64,000 bases of DNA from a virus (lineage: Duplodnaviria; Caudoviricetes): the IMG/VR virus record IMGVR_UViG_3300036784_000120, positions 63,790-127,789 of that record; one strand, 5' to 3'. This document shows, in pieces, positions 8,958 to 18,178 of this stretch. Each line of letters starts with the position of its first letter. Within the stretch, counting starts at the first letter, position 1. Both the position numbers and the translations under genes were made by a program. Below the pieces are notes generated by a model. That model did not search any database. It saw nothing but the letters and a program-made list of their open reading frames with translations, and was not told where the DNA came from.

Positions 8958-9139
8958 GTCGAGGCTGCCCCGGTGTCTTCCGGGCTGGCCGGCGGGCGCC
9001 TGATCACGTCCGGGTCACCGCCGAGCTTCGACACAAGCCACGCCACCATCCGGCCGACGCCCTGCACCTGGTCCTGCAGTTCCCAGATGATGTCGTCGGT
9101 GACGTTAACAGCCACAAGCCCACCAGCTTTCCCTAACAT
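8954..9139 (-). CDS. Small hypothetical protein (start uncertain)
   Basis: ATGA overlap with the MuF start. Confidence 0.5.
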   Translation of the reverse strand: MLGKAGGLVAVNVTDDIIWELQDQVQGVGRMVAWLVSKLGGDPDVIRRPPASPEDTGAAST

Positions 9140-9216
9140 GTCCGGCCGTAAACGCTCCTTATTGTGGCCTCACTGGTCACCCTCGCGCACCTGGTCATGT
9201 CCTTCGGTGTCCCGGT

Positions 9217-9549
9217 TCACGTGCCCACCAGGATGTGCGTGTCGTCGTCGCCGTCCATCCACGTGAACTCGCCCTCGGCACCCACTGGCCTATGGAGCCG
9301 GCAGCCGGCGCAGTAGGTGGAACCGTAGAACGCGGGGTTCCGCGCGTACGTTTCGCACAGCGCGAGCCCCATCGTGGTCACCACACCGCATTCCGGGTCG
9401 TGGTGAATGTAGGCGCGGTACAGCGGCCGGACGAACCCCTTCGCCCGTTCCTCCTCCGAGAGGACGAGGTAGACCTCGTGCTGGTCCCGGGGTTCCCGGT
9501 CGGCGCCGTGGCCGAGCCGCGGATCGTGCGGGTCGGTGGTGAGGCTCAC
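9217..9549 (-). CDS. Cys/His-containing phage hypothetical protein
   Basis: YLVLSEEERAKGFVRP...CGVVTTMG...ETYARNPAFYGSTYCAGC; GTGA overlap at start. Confidence 0.8.
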   Translation of the reverse strand: MSLTTDPHDPRLGHGADREPRDQHEVYLVLSEEERAKGFVRPLYRAYIHHDPECGVVTTMGLALCETYARNPAFYGSTYCAGCRLHRPVGAEGEFTWMDGDDDTHILVGT

Positions 9550-9899
9550 GGCGGGAACCCGAGTTTCGTCATCGTTTCCAGGGCTTCCGGCATCTTCATG
9601 CTCATCCCGTCGGCCACCGACCGCCACCCGGGGTAGGTCTCCTCATAGTCGTGGTCGAGGCGTTTGGCTTCCGCCTCGAGCGCGGCCCCGAACTCCTGCT
9701 CGGTGAAGACGCCTTTGCTGATCAGCAGCCCGGTCAGCGCGGTGACCTCGGCGCGCAGCAGGATCGACAGTTCCCGGTGGTGGACGATCGCACGGAACTC
9801 GCCGTCGCTGGGCAGGCGGGAGCCGAGCTGCCAGCTGGCGAAGAACCTGCGCCACTTGGTCAGTTTCTCCAGCGCGGCCATCATGGTTTTCTCGCTCAT
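9546..9899 (-). CDS. Hypothetical protein
   Basis: MSEKTMMAALEKLTKWR...; ATGA overlap. Confidence 0.75.
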   Translation of the reverse strand: MSEKTMMAALEKLTKWRRFFASWQLGSRLPSDGEFRAIVHHRELSILLRAEVTALTGLLISKGVFTEQEFGAALEAEAKRLDHDYEETYPGWRSVADGMSMKMPEALETMTKLGFPP

Positions 9900-10108
9900 C
9901 CCGCTCCCTCCGCTGCGGCCTGCATCAGCCACTGCGCGGCCGGCATTCCGTCGACCGTCACCTGCGGGCCGCTGCCGTCCGCGGCGGCGAGCTCGGCGGC
10001 CATCGACAGCGGCAGCCGTCCCGCATACCGGCATTCGAGCCGGCCGCCGCGTTCCTCCACCCAGATCGTGCCGGCGTCGATGGCGAGCACCGCGACCGTC
10101 TCAGCCAC
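9896..10108 (-). CDS. Hypothetical protein
   Basis: Operon-coupled ORF. Confidence 0.55.
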   Translation of the reverse strand: MAETVAVLAIDAGTIWVEERGGRLECRYAGRLPLSMAAELAAADGSGPQVTVDGMPAAQWLMQAAAEGAG

Positions 10109-10123
10109 CGGGCATCTCTGGGG

Positions 10124-10675
10124 TCAGGCTGACGGCGGGGCGGCGGGCGGCTGGTCCTCAGCGGTGCCCTCGCTGATCACCAGGCTCGTCGCCGCCGACG
10201 ACACGACGGTGACGCTGCCGGTGCCGGTCAGCGGCGGGTTCACCGTCGAGTCGGTCACCGTGTAGCCGGCGGTGCCGTCGGCCACGCCGACGATCAGCGC
10301 CGAGTACCCGTCCGCTGCCGGGGTGAGCGTCGCAACCGCCGGGTTGTCGATCGTCCAGGCGAGGTTGTCGCCGGTGACCGGCTGGGCCTTGGAGTCCTGC
10401 TCGCCGACAGTTGCGGTGTACTGCTGCGTGTCAGTGATCTGCACGGTGTTTCCTTTCCTGATGGTTGGCGTCCCCGGGCCTTCCGGGGCAGCCTGGTCAA
10501 ACGTTTCCGGGTCCACGGTCAGGAACAGGACCGCCGGGCCGTCAAGCCACCGCCAGAAAACCTGGGCGACGGTAGTGATAGCCGCCGCCTGCTCTGCGGT
10601 CGCGGGAAGGTTCCCGTCCTTGGCCACAGCCTCGATGGCGTACTGCAGCGCGAGGACACGGTTCTCCGCGGTCAC
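10124..10675 (-). CDS. Ig-like (Big-2-like) domain protein; possible internal start at GTG 10444
   Basis: AWTIDNPAVATLTPAADGYSALIVGVADGTAGYTVT; AGGAAAGGA precedes the internal GTG. Confidence 0.75.
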   Translation of the reverse strand: MTAENRVLALQYAIEAVAKDGNLPATAEQAAAITTVAQVFWRWLDGPAVLFLTVDPETFDQAAPEGPGTPTIRKGNTVQITDTQQYTATVGEQDSKAQPVTGDNLAWTIDNPAVATLTPAADGYSALIVGVADGTAGYTVTDSTVNPPLTGTGSVTVVSSAATSLVISEGTAEDQPPAAPPSA

Positions 10676-10839
10676 GGCGAACTCCCTCCGTAGGTGTCCC
10701 GGATGTACGCCAGTCCCCGCCGGATCTGCTCGGCGGGATCCGGTGCGGTGAAACCGTGCGGGCCAGCGTCGAAACGGGCGAAGATCACGGCCGGGTCCTC
10801 GTCATCCTCGCGGAAGCCCGCAGCCTCTTCCGGGGTCAC
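10672..10839 (-). CDS. Small hypothetical protein
   Basis: GTGA overlaps at both ends; QIRRGLAYIRDTYG. Confidence 0.6.
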   Translation of the reverse strand: MTPEEAAGFREDDEDPAVIFARFDAGPHGFTAPDPAEQIRRGLAYIRDTYGGSSP

Positions 10840-11162
10840 TGTGCGGCCCCCGGTGTCCCATGCACCGCTGCCGTCCACGCCGTGATCACGGCCGTCACGA
10901 ACCGGGGATCCTGGCTCATCAGCCCGTCCAGGTCGGCAGGCACCGGATGACCGTCGTCGTCCTCCACGTTCCACGACTCCAGGGCGTAGCCGAGCGTCGC
11001 GGTCATATGGCGGAACGCCGCCAGGTCACCGGAGGCGACCGCAGCAGCAGTGTCGAGCATCACCGACATGGGCACCGGCCGGACCGTGATCTCCAGCCCT
11101 TCATACTCGGTGCCGGTGAAGTCCAGCTTGAACGGGGCGCGTTTCGGCCGGAAACCTGTCAC
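10836..11162 (-). CDS. Tail assembly chaperone-like protein
   Basis: FKLDFTGTEYEGLEITVR...ALESWNVEDDDGHPVPADLDGLMSQD resembles actinophage chaperones. Confidence 0.6.
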   Translation of the reverse strand: MTGFRPKRAPFKLDFTGTEYEGLEITVRPVPMSVMLDTAAAVASGDLAAFRHMTATLGYALESWNVEDDDGHPVPADLDGLMSQDPRFVTAVITAWTAAVHGTPGAAQ

Positions 11163-12768
11163 TGTGCCGCTCCCGGTAGTCCGCCTGCTGCGGGCGGGTT
11201 CTGCGGTGGCCGCGGCGGGCCCGCGGCGGCGGGACGCATCTGCGGTGCCGACGGCGGCCGTGGCCCCTGCTGCCCGCCGCCGGCCCTGGCGGCGGCCTGC
11301 TGCGTGATCGCCGTGCCCGCCTGCGCGAGTCCCTGCAGCTGGCCGAGCCCCGCCGCGGCCTCCGGCGGCATGCCAGGCGGCGGATTGCCAGCTAGCTGTT
11401 CGGCACGTTGCGAAGCGGTAGACACCAGCGCGTCATGCACCTGGTCCACGTCCAGCTGCAGAATCGACGCCATCCGTTCGGTGATCAGGTCAAACACCTG
11501 CAGCGGCACGTGCAGCACCGGCGCCGCCGACATCTGCCCGAACATCGTCAGCAACTGCTGCGCCTGCTCATCCTGAAGCGGACCGAACTTCGCCTGCGGA
11601 TACGATGCGCCGGTACCGAAGTTGAGCATCACCAGCGGCCGGATCACGTCGTAGGAGATGGATTCGGCGATTTCCTTCGCCACACCCTGACGCGACTTCA
11701 GGTAGAAGTCGGACTGGTCCTGCGACAGGCTGTAGGCGCCCTTCCCGCCGGTTGACGCGGACGCGAGGCCGAGGAACCCGGCCAGCACACTGCTGATCGC
11801 CCACGACGACAGGAACGACAGCGCCTGGGAGAAGAACAGGCCCGCATCCGCGGACGACGGGATCGCCTCGAACGCCTTCTGCCCGTCGATCGGGTGCACC
11901 AGCCCGACGACACCGGAGCCGCGGAGCTGGGAAATGTCGTCGGCGCGGGCGGTGGCTTCCGGCTGGTCGTTGCCGTAGACGACAAGCCGCTGCAACGCCA
12001 TGTTCTCCAGGTAGTAGTACCAGAGATACAGCAGCTTCATCTGGGTCGAATGGCACCAGTACGCCACCTCAACCTCGGACACGCCCGTCAGCGGCTCCCG
12101 GTGCTTCCCGTGGGTGTAAATGTAGGAGCGGATCTTCGGGATATCCACATACCCCGGCACCTTCTGCCGCCTGGACAGCATCAGGTTCCCGCCGAACAGC
12201 CACACCTGCTGCCGGAACCCGTTCGCCTCCCCCGACCTGTCGTTATACCGGGCCTGGCACGTGGCAGGCGGGCGGAACGCGATCTTGTCGTAAACGATCT
12301 TCCCGTCCGACTCGCGGACCTTGAACGTCTTCTCGAAAAACGCCCGCCGGTACAGCTGACCCGACGTGATCTGGCCGAGCAGCTCCGTCATCGGCGTCCG
12401 CATGCCGCCCTCAGTGTCCGGCGTCATCAGCACGCTGCGGATGAAGTCGCATTCGCCTTTGTCGCCCTTGCCGGGCTCAATCGAGAAGTCGGCTTCGCGG
12501 ATCGGGAGGGTCAGCACCAGCTCGAGGGCCTGCGCGGTGCCGTTGCGGGAGAACATGGTCTTCAGGTCACGAGACGACCATTCGCCATATTCTTAAATCG
12601 AAGACATCACCCTCGCCGTAGTAGGCGAACAGCCGCTGACCGTAGTCAAACGAGGTCTAAAGTCCCGATCTCAGGACCCATCAGGGTCCGCTTGCCGCCC
12701 GGGCCGCGGGAGCCCTTGGGGGGGAGATCGGGGAAGGCGATCACGTTAGCGTCTTTACCGGATGCCAT
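11159..12768 (-). CDS. Portal protein (DUF935/Mu gp29-like), ~531 aa, with two 7-nt coding gaps near the N-terminus
   Basis: Body ORF 11159..12556 (SVLAGFLGL...GAYSLSQDQSDFY...IRPLVMLNFG). The N-terminus from ATG 12768 joins in frame when 12654-12660 and 12590-12596 are skipped: ...PEIGT/SFDYGQRLFAYYGEGDVFD/YGEWSSRDLKTMFSRNG. Confidence 0.82.
12590..12599 (-). other. Candidate UUA bypass site, portal #2: GAT TTA A GAA
   Basis: In-frame TTA; skipping 7 nt restores the frame; reading through reaches TGA after 9 codons counting the TTA. Confidence 0.7.
12654..12663 (-). other. Candidate UUA bypass site, portal #1: ACT TTA G ACC
   Basis: Synonymous Thr take-off and landing codons; reading through gives TTA GAC CTC GTT TGA. 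Confidence 0.75.
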
Positions 12769-12819
12769 CTTCTTGCATCACCCCCTCTCCGCTGCCAGGG
12801 GCGCACAAGGGCGCCGGTG

Positions 12820-12843
12820 ATGCACGTGCATATGCACGTGCAT
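12820..12843. promoter_or_regulatory. 24-bp perfect palindrome ATGCACGTGCATATGCACGTGCAT (copy 1)
   Basis: Intergenic, upstream of portal; recurs at 25073, 33569 and (degenerate) 30748. Confidence 0.75.
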
Positions 12844-12927
12844 GGGGCCACGATACCGCCTGCCCGCATGCCGGGCATAGCCACGTACCGCTGTACGCCA
12901 TGCCGACATGTGTGGTATGATGTACTT

Positions 12928-13302
12928 GTGGATGAGAAGACGAACGACGGCACGATCACCATGAGGCTGACGCCGTTCCAGGCCACCGAGATCGAGCACG
13001 GCCTGGACATCGACGCCAGCGACGGCAACCCCGACTGGGGTGAGCTGAAGTACGCCGGGCGCCGCACCGGCCCGGCCGTGCTCACCATCCGGGCCGGGCA
13101 GCAGAACCTGGACGCTGCCCTGTACCGGGTCACGTCCAGCCGGGACATCCCCGCCGACAACGCCAGCGACCCGATGGCCAGCCCCGGCGAGCGGATGGGC
13201 TACCTGTCCGCCGCCCGCTCCCTGGACTCGCTGGTGCAGCGGCTCATCGCCGTTGCCGGCGGCCCGGAAGCATTCAGCAAGAACGTCAGGCGATGGATAT
13301 GA
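12928..13302 (+). CDS. Hypothetical protein (probably leaderless)
   Basis: TATGAT 6 nt before the GTG start. Confidence 0.7.
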   Translation: MDEKTNDGTITMRLTPFQATEIEHGLDIDASDGNPDWGELKYAGRRTGPAVLTIRAGQQNLDAALYRVTSSRDIPADNASDPMASPGERMGYLSAARSLDSLVQRLIAVAGGPEAFSKNVRRWI

Positions 13303-13553
13303 CCGCCTCCCCGATCTCGCCGGAGACGATGCGCGAGCACCGTGCCCGCTGGTTCGTCTACGCCGGCAGGGAGAAGATCCGGCACACCGCCACCATGCGC
13401 GGCCAGTGGGGCTACGACGTTGAATGCTCATGCGGGTGGAAGACCCGGACCGGCGGCGGCGTCCGCAGCTACGTAGAGGACGAACTGTTCGCGCACCGTT
13501 TCAGCGCCCAGTGCGACGCTGAGCGGGCCGCGACCGCAGGGGAGACCCGATGA
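13299..13553 (+). CDS. Hypothetical protein
   Basis: GYDVECSCGWKT; ATGA coupling. Confidence 0.75.
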   Translation: MTASPISPETMREHRARWFVYAGREKIRHTATMRGQWGYDVECSCGWKTRTGGGVRSYVEDELFAHRFSAQCDAERAATAGETR

Positions 13554-13843
13554 GCGCCGAGCGAATGCAGGCACCATACCTTCCGTCCGGCGGCACCCGC
13601 GTGCCGCTGCCATGCGGCCACCACAATGCGCGGCTCCGCCCCGGCGAGCGCACAGCGGAGCGGCGCTGCCGGACCTGCCGCAACTACTACCTCATCGAGT
13701 GCTCGGATACTGAGACCGCGCTGGTCTCGGACATCACGTGCCCGGCATGCGGAGCGAGCATGAACAGCGAGGGTGACATGTGGTGGTGCCCGGGTTGCGG
13801 CGACGAATGGGACGACGAGACGGTACGGGGAGTGGTGCGCTGA
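13550..13843 (+). CDS. Zinc-ribbon protein
   Basis: Three CxxC pairs plus a CGH. Confidence 0.7.
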   Translation: MSAERMQAPYLPSGGTRVPLPCGHHNARLRPGERTAERRCRTCRNYYLIECSDTETALVSDITCPACGASMNSEGDMWWCPGCGDEWDDETVRGVVR

Positions 13844-14178
13844 TGGCGACACACGAGTCCGTGGAGATGATCTGCGGGCACAGTGCCCAGCTCACACCTG
13901 ACAATGCTAGGCAGGCGCGCAGGAACGGCTCGCTGTTCTGCCCCACATGCGGGCACAAGCAGCCCCTAACGCCTGACTGGCCGGACCGTTCCTGGGTCAC
14001 GGCCGCCGAGCTCGCCGCGATCGCGCGGCGCAACGAACGCACCATCCACCGCGAAATCGAACGCAGGAACCTGCACGCCGAACGCGCCGGCGGCGCCCCC
14101 TCCCCGTGGATCATCGAACGCGCCGAGGCAGAACGGTGGCTGCGCGAGTACAAACCGGAAAGGACGGCAGAACGATGA
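13843..14178 (+). CDS. Zinc ribbon + excisionase-like HTH DNA-binding protein
   Basis: WVTAAELAAIARRNERTIHREIERRNLHAER...WIIERAEAERWL. Confidence 0.75.
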   Translation: MATHESVEMICGHSAQLTPDNARQARRNGSLFCPTCGHKQPLTPDWPDRSWVTAAELAAIARRNERTIHREIERRNLHAERAGGAPSPWIIERAEAERWLREYKPERTAER

Positions 14179-14399
14179 CGCGACTGCAGCAGGAGATAGC
14201 CGACTACCTGCATAGCCCGGTAACCGCCGCCGAAGTCCAGACCGCCGCATACGTGAGGTTCGCGGCATGGATGGCCGCGCACGATACCGGGCCGCGCAGC
14301 GTCACGGTCGGGCAGATCGGCCGGGAATTCCAGAACCTCAGCTACGAGACTATCTGCCGGTGGATCAGGCACTACCGGGGAGGGGAGCAAGAGCAGTGA
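14175..14399 (+). CDS. Small HTH-like protein
   Basis: TVGQIGREFQNLSYETICRWI. Confidence 0.6.
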   Translation: MTRLQQEIADYLHSPVTAAEVQTAAYVRFAAWMAAHDTGPRSVTVGQIGREFQNLSYETICRWIRHYRGGEQEQ

Positions 14400-14662
14400 G
14401 TGACTACATTCCGCCTGAGCCGTCGTCTCGCGACAAGGTGCTCCACCGGGTGCAAGGCGGCCGGTGGGTGGCCAGCGGGTACGACATGGGACTGGTGCTC
14501 AACGACCAGCCCGAGCACGAAGACGGGGTTCTCGGCGTGGCGGAGTACGAAGGCGGCCCGGTCCTTGAGTTCATCAACGGGCACGCCTACGACACCGGCG
14601 TGACCGTGACGATCATGATCATCACCACCGAGGCATCCATCCGGACGGAGGACAAGCGATGA
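14396..14662 (+). CDS. Hypothetical protein
   Basis: GTGA/ATGA coupling. Confidence 0.65.
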   Translation: MSDYIPPEPSSRDKVLHRVQGGRWVASGYDMGLVLNDQPEHEDGVLGVAEYEGGPVLEFINGHAYDTGVTVTIMIITTEASIRTEDKR

Positions 14663-14955
14663 GGTTCCGTGACACGTACGGCGGGTCATGGCCGGGCCCG
14701 TACCCCGGCACCCGCCGGTGGGCGAGTAGGTCCGTCTCCTACGGGCCGGGCACCGCACTCGCCTACCTGACCGTCAAGACCCTGCTGTGGGTGTTCCTGC
14801 TCGGCCCGCTGTGGATCGTCGCTGAATGCTGGACGGTCCTCATCTCCGCGGCCGCGGTCATGGCCGGCTGGTGGATCACCAAGACGATCCCGCAGTACGA
14901 CGTGCGGTTCATCCCCGGCCGGTTCCGCCTGTGGTACTTCACCGGGAGGCCATGA
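14659..14955 (+). CDS. Membrane protein
   Basis: Hydrophobic segments. Confidence 0.65.
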   Translation: MRFRDTYGGSWPGPYPGTRRWASRSVSYGPGTALAYLTVKTLLWVFLLGPLWIVAECWTVLISAAAVMAGWWITKTIPQYDVRFIPGRFRLWYFTGRP

Positions 14956-15245
14956 TGAGCAAACGGCAGGTATTCCGGTACACCGTCCCCATCGACGAAC
15001 AGCCCCACGTCATCCAACTCACCGGTGACCCGCTGCACGTCGCGAACGGCACCCTGATTGATGAGGTTGAGTTCTGGGCTGAGCACGACATGGACGCGCC
15101 TGAGTACCCGGCGGTGTTCCAGGTAGTCGGCACCGGGGATCCGGTGCCCGACGGCGCGGTGCACGCGGGGACGACACCGAGGGATGCAGTCGGCGGCGTG
15201 TGGCACCTTTACCGGCTTCCGCTAGACGCCGGGAGGCAGTCATGA
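14952..15245 (+). CDS. Phage hypothetical protein
   Basis: VFRYTVPID...FWAE...FQVVGTGDPVP...VWHLY. Confidence 0.75.
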   Translation: MMSKRQVFRYTVPIDEQPHVIQLTGDPLHVANGTLIDEVEFWAEHDMDAPEYPAVFQVVGTGDPVPDGAVHAGTTPRDAVGGVWHLYRLPLDAGRQS

Positions 15246-15475
15246 CGGCCACCCGGTGCCGTGGCCGCGCCCGGCACTGGCGGATCGCGTTCGGCACCGT
15301 CGGGCTCCGCACCCCCGTGTGCGTGTACTGCGGCGACCCGAACCCGAAACCGCTCACCGACCAGGAGTGGGCCGAGCTGATCTACTACAGCACGACCGTC
15401 CGCAACGCCGGCGGCCAGTACGTACGGGCGGCGATTGAGGCGCGCGAGGCGGAGAAAGCCGGGAGGCCGCAGTGA
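15242..15475 (+). CDS. Hypothetical zinc-binding protein
   Basis: CVYCGDPNP; coupling. Confidence 0.65.
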   Translation: MTATRCRGRARHWRIAFGTVGLRTPVCVYCGDPNPKPLTDQEWAELIYYSTTVRNAGGQYVRAAIEAREAEKAGRPQ

Positions 15476-15777
15476 ACGGCCCCGCTAGGGACGGAGAAAC
15501 CGTGATGCAGGACGACGACCCGAGGAAGATTGAGATCAAGCCCGGTGACCGGGTGGCGATCCACTACCCGTCCAGCGGTCCGGGCAGGGCCGCGTCGGAG
15601 TCGGCTGAGACGATCGCGGCCGCCATGGACGTGGTGGAGAAACTGGTGCCCGGCTGCACCTGGCGGCGGTACCCGGCGGAGTTGGCCGAGCCGACCCGCG
15701 CCCAGGCGGTCGTGCTGAACTGCCACAAGCCTGACGGCAGTTACACCGGCTACCAGGTCCACTGGATTCGGCGGTGA
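15472..15777 (+). CDS. Hypothetical protein
   Basis: Operon coupling. Confidence 0.65.
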   Translation: MNGPARDGETVMQDDDPRKIEIKPGDRVAIHYPSSGPGRAASESAETIAAAMDVVEKLVPGCTWRRYPAELAEPTRAQAVVLNCHKPDGSYTGYQVHWIRR

Positions 15778-16001
15778 CCGAGCATGAGGGGCCGGGTCAC
15801 GGGGACGTGACGCTGAGCCTCACCGAGGAAACCAAGGACGGCGGGCGGCTGTTCCAGTCGTGGAAGGTCTGTGAATGCACCGCCGTCGCGCTGCGAGCCC
15901 GGCTAGGGCCCGCGCAGCATGAGAGCATCGCCACCGCTGAGGCTGTCCGCGCGACCGCGGAAGCGGTCCTGAACCAGCCGGGTGCCGTACACCGCCTGTG
16001 A
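15774..16001 (+). CDS. Hypothetical protein
   Basis: Operon coupling. Confidence 0.6.
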   Translation: MTEHEGPGHGDVTLSLTEETKDGGRLFQSWKVCECTAVALRARLGPAQHESIATAEAVRATAEAVLNQPGAVHRL

Positions 16002-16081
16002 TGATGGGGGCCGGGGGCGGGGCGGGAGCCGGCCCCTGTACCGTTCAATTGGGGACTCAAGCGGTACAAGGTTAGACGGGG

Positions 16082-16103
16082 TTAGCCGGCTCCCGCCGGC
16101 TAA
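16082..16103. terminator. Hairpin, possible terminator
   Basis: TTAGCCGGC-TCCC-GCCGGCTAA inverted repeat after the operon end. Confidence 0.5.
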
Positions 16104-16188
16104 AGGCAACCACCCAGCAGCATCACCGCCCTAAGTTACGAGGCGTGTCCGCTTCCAGCATGACACACGCATGGCATACTGCAAGCCC

Positions 16189-16440
16189 ATGAATGAGGAG
16201 AGCGAGGCGCTGGCCCTCGCCCGGGTCCGCGCCCAACTCCGTACCGGGGAAGCACGGGCGATCCGGAAACAGGCCGGCCTGTCCCAGGCAGACGTAGGCC
16301 GTGCGGTGGGCAGTGACGGGCCGCAAGTGTCCCGCTGGGAGACGCAGAAGTCGGTGCCGCGGCGGGAGTCGGCGCTGAAACTCGCCCGGCTGCTCGACGA
16401 TCTCGACGCGATGAACCGCAGCGGCGACGGTGGTGCCTAA
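16189..16440 (+). CDS. XRE-family HTH regulator
   Basis: IRKQAGLSQADVGRAVGSDGPQVSRWETQKSVPR. Confidence 0.85.
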   Translation: MNEESEALALARVRAQLRTGEARAIRKQAGLSQADVGRAVGSDGPQVSRWETQKSVPRRESALKLARLLDDLDAMNRSGDGGA

Positions 16441-16677
16441 CTCCGGCCACCGCCCGGCCTGCTTCAGCAGGTCCAGGTCGTGGGGTGACAGGAACCCGAG
16501 ATCGTTCATCAGCCGCAGCTCGTGATCGCTGAACATGGCGGTCATCGCGCCGACCCAACATGAGGTCGGCCTGCCGTCGGCACCTGTCACGCTCGCGCTC
16601 AAATCGGCCGGCCACGTCGGGGACCTGCCGGGACCTGAACGGGTCAAGGACCGGCCCTACGTTGACGGTGCCGTCGC

Positions 16678-17508
16678 TCACCGGGCACCTGCCCATGCGC
16701 GCTGGTAGGCGCTGACCAGCCACCGGTTAGCCACGTCGTAGTTCGGATGCTCAGGCAGCGGCGACGCCAGCGGCGACGCCAGCAGGTCCCTGATCCGTGC
16801 CTCGAGCTGGTCGGCGAGCATCAGCGCCCGGTCCATCGGGACCAGCCCCGTGCGGATGTCGCGGACGATCTCCCGCTGCCACTCCGGCATGGGAAGCGTG
16901 ATCTGGCCGGTTTCCAGCAGCTCCACGCCCTGGAAGCCGAGCCGGACCATGTGGCCGCCGAACTTGGTGTCCCAGCCGTAGGCCGCGATCAGTTCGGGGC
17001 GGGTGACATCGCGGCCTTTCCCGTCGTGGGACAGCATCGACCGGCGCTGCGCGTGCAGGTACCCGGCGAACCGGTGCCCCGCCTGCCTTGAGACGATCAG
17101 CGGGGTGAGGTCCCGCAGGTCCGCGCCGAGCGGCGTGATCGTGACGATCTCCGCGGGCGGGACGAACAGGGGGATCAGGATCGACGGGTTCCCGGCCAGC
17201 GCGAGACGCAGGTACTTGCGCAGCGAGTAGATCGTGATGTCCAGGTCGCCGGGGCCGGACCGGTTGGCGAGCCCGCCGGGGCGTTCCCACGCGGTGTGAT
17301 GCTCGTACTGGTCGAACTCGCGGAGCCCGATCACGTACTCGGCCGGCTCAGTGCAGATGCCCATCTCGTCGCGGTCGTCGTGGCCGGTGATCGCGGTGCC
17401 GTGGACACCGGAGCCGACCTGGCAGCGCAGGATGGTGGCCGATTCGGCGAGCTCGCGGAACTCCGCGCTGCCGTGCTTGCCGGGACTGCGGTATTCCGTG
17501 TCGCTCAT
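16678..17508 (-). CDS. Pol-beta superfamily nucleotidyltransferase (PF10127 Nuc-transf/RlaP-like)
   Basis: VGSGVHGT...DDRDEMGI...DITIYSLRKYLRLALAGNPS...YGWDTKFGGHMVRL. Confidence 0.85.
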   Translation of the reverse strand: MSDTEYRSPGKHGSAEFRELAESATILRCQVGSGVHGTAITGHDDRDEMGICTEPAEYVIGLREFDQYEHHTAWERPGGLANRSGPGDLDITIYSLRKYLRLALAGNPSILIPLFVPPAEIVTITPLGADLRDLTPLIVSRQAGHRFAGYLHAQRRSMLSHDGKGRDVTRPELIAAYGWDTKFGGHMVRLGFQGVELLETGQITLPMPEWQREIVRDIRTGLVPMDRALMLADQLEARIRDLLASPLASPLPEHPNYDVANRWLVSAYQRAWAGAR

Positions 17509-17558
17509 GCACCCCAGCATACCCGTTCGGCTACATAGGGCATAGTAGACTACTGGTC

Positions 17559-18026
17559 ATGTCGAAGACTCGCATGACGCTCCAGGCGAAGACGGTGCTC
17601 CGCATGCTCGCAGCCGACCCCGGCCGTGAGGTGTACGGCCTGGAAATCATACGCGCGACCGGGCTGATCAGCGGTTCCGTCTACCCCCTCCTGGGCCGCC
17701 TGGAATCGAGCGGCTGGCTGACATCACGGGCCGAGCAGATCACCCCGGCCACCGAGGGGCGGCCGCCGCGCCGCTACTACCGGATCACGCCGGCAGGCAT
17801 CGCGCAGGCACGCGCACTACCACCCGCGCAGGCATCCCCCGCAGAAAAAGCCCTGGCGCGCGGGATGCTCCAGATCGCTGACACTGCGGACATGCCAGAC
17901 TCGTTCTGGCAGGCCGACAGGCGCATCAGGCTAGCCCGTGAGGTCCTCGGCGTGCCCGACGACGGCCGGTACACCCACAGCGCACTATGGGAAGCGGAAA
18001 CCAGAGACGAGGCGGCCAGAGCATGA
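17559..18026 (+). CDS. PadR-family regulator with C-terminal extension
   Basis: YGLEIIRATGLISGSVYPLLGRLESSGWL...RRYYRIT. Confidence 0.9.
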   Translation: MSKTRMTLQAKTVLRMLAADPGREVYGLEIIRATGLISGSVYPLLGRLESSGWLTSRAEQITPATEGRPPRRYYRITPAGIAQARALPPAQASPAEKALARGMLQIADTADMPDSFWQADRRIRLAREVLGVPDDGRYTHSALWEAETRDEAARA

Positions 18027-18178
18027 CCGGCGAACATGAAATGGTCACGGTTCGCCGCGATGACCTGGCGGTGTTCCTGGCCGCAGTGGATACCGACTAC
18101 GTAAGCACCGATGACCTGCCGGACCTTCAGGACCGGATCGAGCGGCTCTATGCGGCCATCGGCGAGGAGACCGGATGA
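18023..18178 (+). CDS. Small hypothetical protein
   Basis: ATGA coupling. Confidence 0.6.
   Translation: MTGEHEMVTVRRDDLAVFLAAVDTDYVSTDDLPDLQDRIERLYAAIGEETG

Noticed and set aside
9128-9139. ATG TTA at the start of 8954..9139
   Set aside because: Start is uncertain (a downstream GTG is plausible), there is no landing match and the frame is unbroken.
12817-12927. MHVHMHVH-starting ORFs (also 24856..25095 and 33292..33726)
   Set aside because: Artefacts of translating the TGCACGTGCATATGCACGTGCA palindrome.
13843-14178. Excisionase implying a nearby integration module
   Set aside because: No integrase or att site recognised; treated as a generic HTH protein.
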